Shown here piece by piece: positions 62,815-64,000 of a stretch of DNA of 64,000 nt. The notes under the pieces are model-generated. The model worked only from the letters and a program-made list of their open reading frames with translations. It was not told the origin of the DNA and made no database searches. Where the stretch lies: IMG/VR virus record IMGVR_UViG_3300045988_179398, positions 60,111-124,110 of that record; one strand, given 5' to 3'. Origin of the DNA: a virus. The position numbers and the translations under genes were made by a program. How positions within the stretch are numbered: the stretch's first letter is position 1; each line of letters starts with the position of its first letter.

Positions 62815-63747
62815 TCAGCTCCTGGTGCAAGCAATTCTCTTGATGCAGATTCGAGCATAGGTTGCTCTCTCTCTCTCTCTAATGTAGCCCTCTTTATCCT
62901 TGATTAGACCGTGCGACTTCTTTGGTACGTTATCGGATGTTCTGTAATCGTTTGCGTTAAGAATTTCAAACTGTTCAGGGCAATATTTATCCAAAAACGT
63001 AATCGGAACTCCTAAAACGCCGTCGTAGTCTCTCGGAATTTGACAAACCTTATCGACGTTATACGCATCGTAATTATCGTATTTTTGGTAAATTCCCATT
63101 TCGAGACCTTTTTCGAACTTCCAGCCTAAAAGCATCGGTTCGTGACGTTTCGGGATATCGAGATTGGTATACCATAAGATGTTCCCGAATTTCTTTTCCG
63201 AGCCATCGGGTTGAATAAATATCTTCGGTTGTGAATAACCGAGCCATATTTTATTCTCTTTGATAAGTGGGAAAACTTCTTTATAAGTGATCGCGTTCAT
63301 ATTCCCGATAATCGCGAACTTTTTGTTATACTCCATCAAAAGTCCGATGAAATCTCTAAAAAGCGAAAACGGCGGATTTGTTACCACGACATCGCTTTCT
63401 TTGAGTAATTCGACGCATTCAGGCGAGCGGAAATCTCCACTCCCTTCGAGTTCGGTTTTTACAACTCTTTCGCCGTCGTATTCGAGTTTATAACTCGATT
63501 TGCCTTCTTGGTCGTAATGAGTCGAGATGAGCTTCTTGAGTTTTAAACCATTAAAACGTGCCTTGAAGAATTTCCAGAAGTTCGATTCTTCGGGGTCATC
63601 GCAGTTACAATAAACGACCTTATCTTTGAAGAACGGGCGATAACCGTGTTCTGCAAGGTTGATTTCGAAGTTTATATCGTCGAAACGAGTATAAAACTCG
63701 TCGTTCTTTGCGGTTTTTGCTGCATGTAAATTGTTATTTTTAGACAT
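62815..63747 (-). CDS. N6-adenine DNA methyltransferase (EcoRI-methylase family)
   Basis: NDEFYTRFDDI...VVYCNCDDPEESNFWKFF N-terminus. Motif IV VVVTNPPFS. C-terminal YARICIKR. Confidence 0.75.
   Translation of the reverse strand: MSKNNNLHAAKTAKNDEFYTRFDDINFEINLAEHGYRPFFKDKVVYCNCDDPEESNFWKFFKARFNGLKLKKLISTHYDQEGKSSYKLEYDGERVVKTELEGSGDFRSPECVELLKESDVVVTNPPFSLFRDFIGLLMEYNKKFAIIGNMNAITYKEVFPLIKENKIWLGYSQPKIFIQPDGSEKKFGNILWYTNLDIPKRHEPMLLGWKFEKGLEMGIYQKYDNYDAYNVDKVCQIPRDYDGVLGVPITFLDKYCPEQFEILNANDYRTSDNVPKKSHGLIKDKEGYIRERERATYARICIKRIACTRS
62865..62880. repeat. (CT)8 / (AG)8 dinucleotide repeat inside the methyltransferase 3' end
   Basis: 16 nt of perfect CT repeats on the + strand. Encodes RERER about 16 codons before the stop. 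Confidence 0.95.
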
Positions 63748-63773
63748 TTTATTTTACCTCCATAATTGTCTTT

Positions 63774-63802
63774 ATTGTATCATGTTTTGTTGTTTTTGTC
63801 AA
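63774..63802 (-). promoter_or_regulatory. sigma-70-type promoter P16 for the - strand arm
   Basis: - strand: AAACACTTGACA, 17 nt, TACAAT. Confidence 0.65.
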
Positions 63803-63831
63803 GTGTTTAGAGGGGATTTCTCCCCTCTTTT

Positions 63832-64000
63832 TTATACTTTGAAATTTGCGATAAACGCCGCGTCAGTGCGTTGTCTATCGACGACGTGTTCCAGCTGTTG
63901 TTTCAAGGACGACCATTCTCTCAATAACGCGTATTGGTCGGAAGGAAGCCTTTCTTCTAATATGAACGCGGGACCGAACATTCTTGCGAGCCCGACATAC
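63832..64000 (-). CDS. 3' end of a - strand gene whose start lies beyond the window
   Basis: Frame is open from the window edge to TAA at 63834-63832 (...DAAFIANFKV*). Followed by the hairpin GAGGGGA/TCCCCTC at about 63811-63828. Confidence 0.45.
   Translation of the reverse strand, partial: YVGLARMFGPAFILEERLPSDQYALLREWSSLKQQLEHVVDRQRTDAAFIANFKV

Noticed and set aside
1-64000. Stop-codon recoding, prompted by the phage tRNA island and the long apparently non-coding stretches
   Set aside because: All large genes (1113-aa tail protein, DnaE, helicases) are uninterrupted in the standard code. The tRNA has a normal CCA (Trp) anticodon rather than a suppressor anticodon. The gene-free regions contain stops of all three kinds.

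Overview
This window is 64 kb of a tailed dsDNA phage or prophage genome. The host is probably a Bacillota species: ribosome-binding sites are GGAGG-type, and I found 16 copies of an (AAACGC)TTGACA-N17-TGnTATAAT promoter.

Layout:
- 1-8.3 kb, + strand: end of the tail module (tape-measure C-terminus, a 1113-aa tail-tip-sized protein, baseplate-like proteins).
- 8.5-52.8 kb, + strand: early/replication region split into about 15 short promoter-defined units. It encodes a Toprim primase, DnaE-type Pol III alpha, a Cas4-like PD-(D/E)XK nuclease, a RuvC-like resolvase, an ERF annealase, DnaB-like, RecD-like and SF2-like helicases, FolD, a Pnk-HD kinase/phosphoesterase plus RNA ligase, a CYTH protein, an HPr/Crh-like protein and many small ORFs.
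- 53.3-63.8 kb, - strand: about 27 small, often very acidic ORFs. Transcription enters through an EcoRI-family adenine methyltransferase and a DUF262-HNH nuclease.

Unusual content:
- Five free-standing nuclease genes sit in the replication module. They are HNH-AP2, a six-fold zinc-ribbon/Vsr-like protein, two TnpB genes and one IscB, the last three with candidate omegaRNAs.
- About 5 kb is non-coding, which is a lot for a phage.
- A 1.6-kb RNA island at 31.3-33.0 kb carries one tRNA-Trp, two aberrant tRNA-like modules and long structured spacers.
- A 2.1-kb region at 51.1-53.3 kb is almost free of genes. It holds a promoter-to-terminator ncRNA of about 300 nt, an AT-rich iteron array, a GC palindrome and A-tract/G-tract repeats.
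- That region lies within a cluster of at least 20 CCGCCGCC/GGCGGCGG octamers and next to three tandem zinc-ribbon paralogs.

All protein calls rest on motif recognition by eye and on synteny. No database search was possible.
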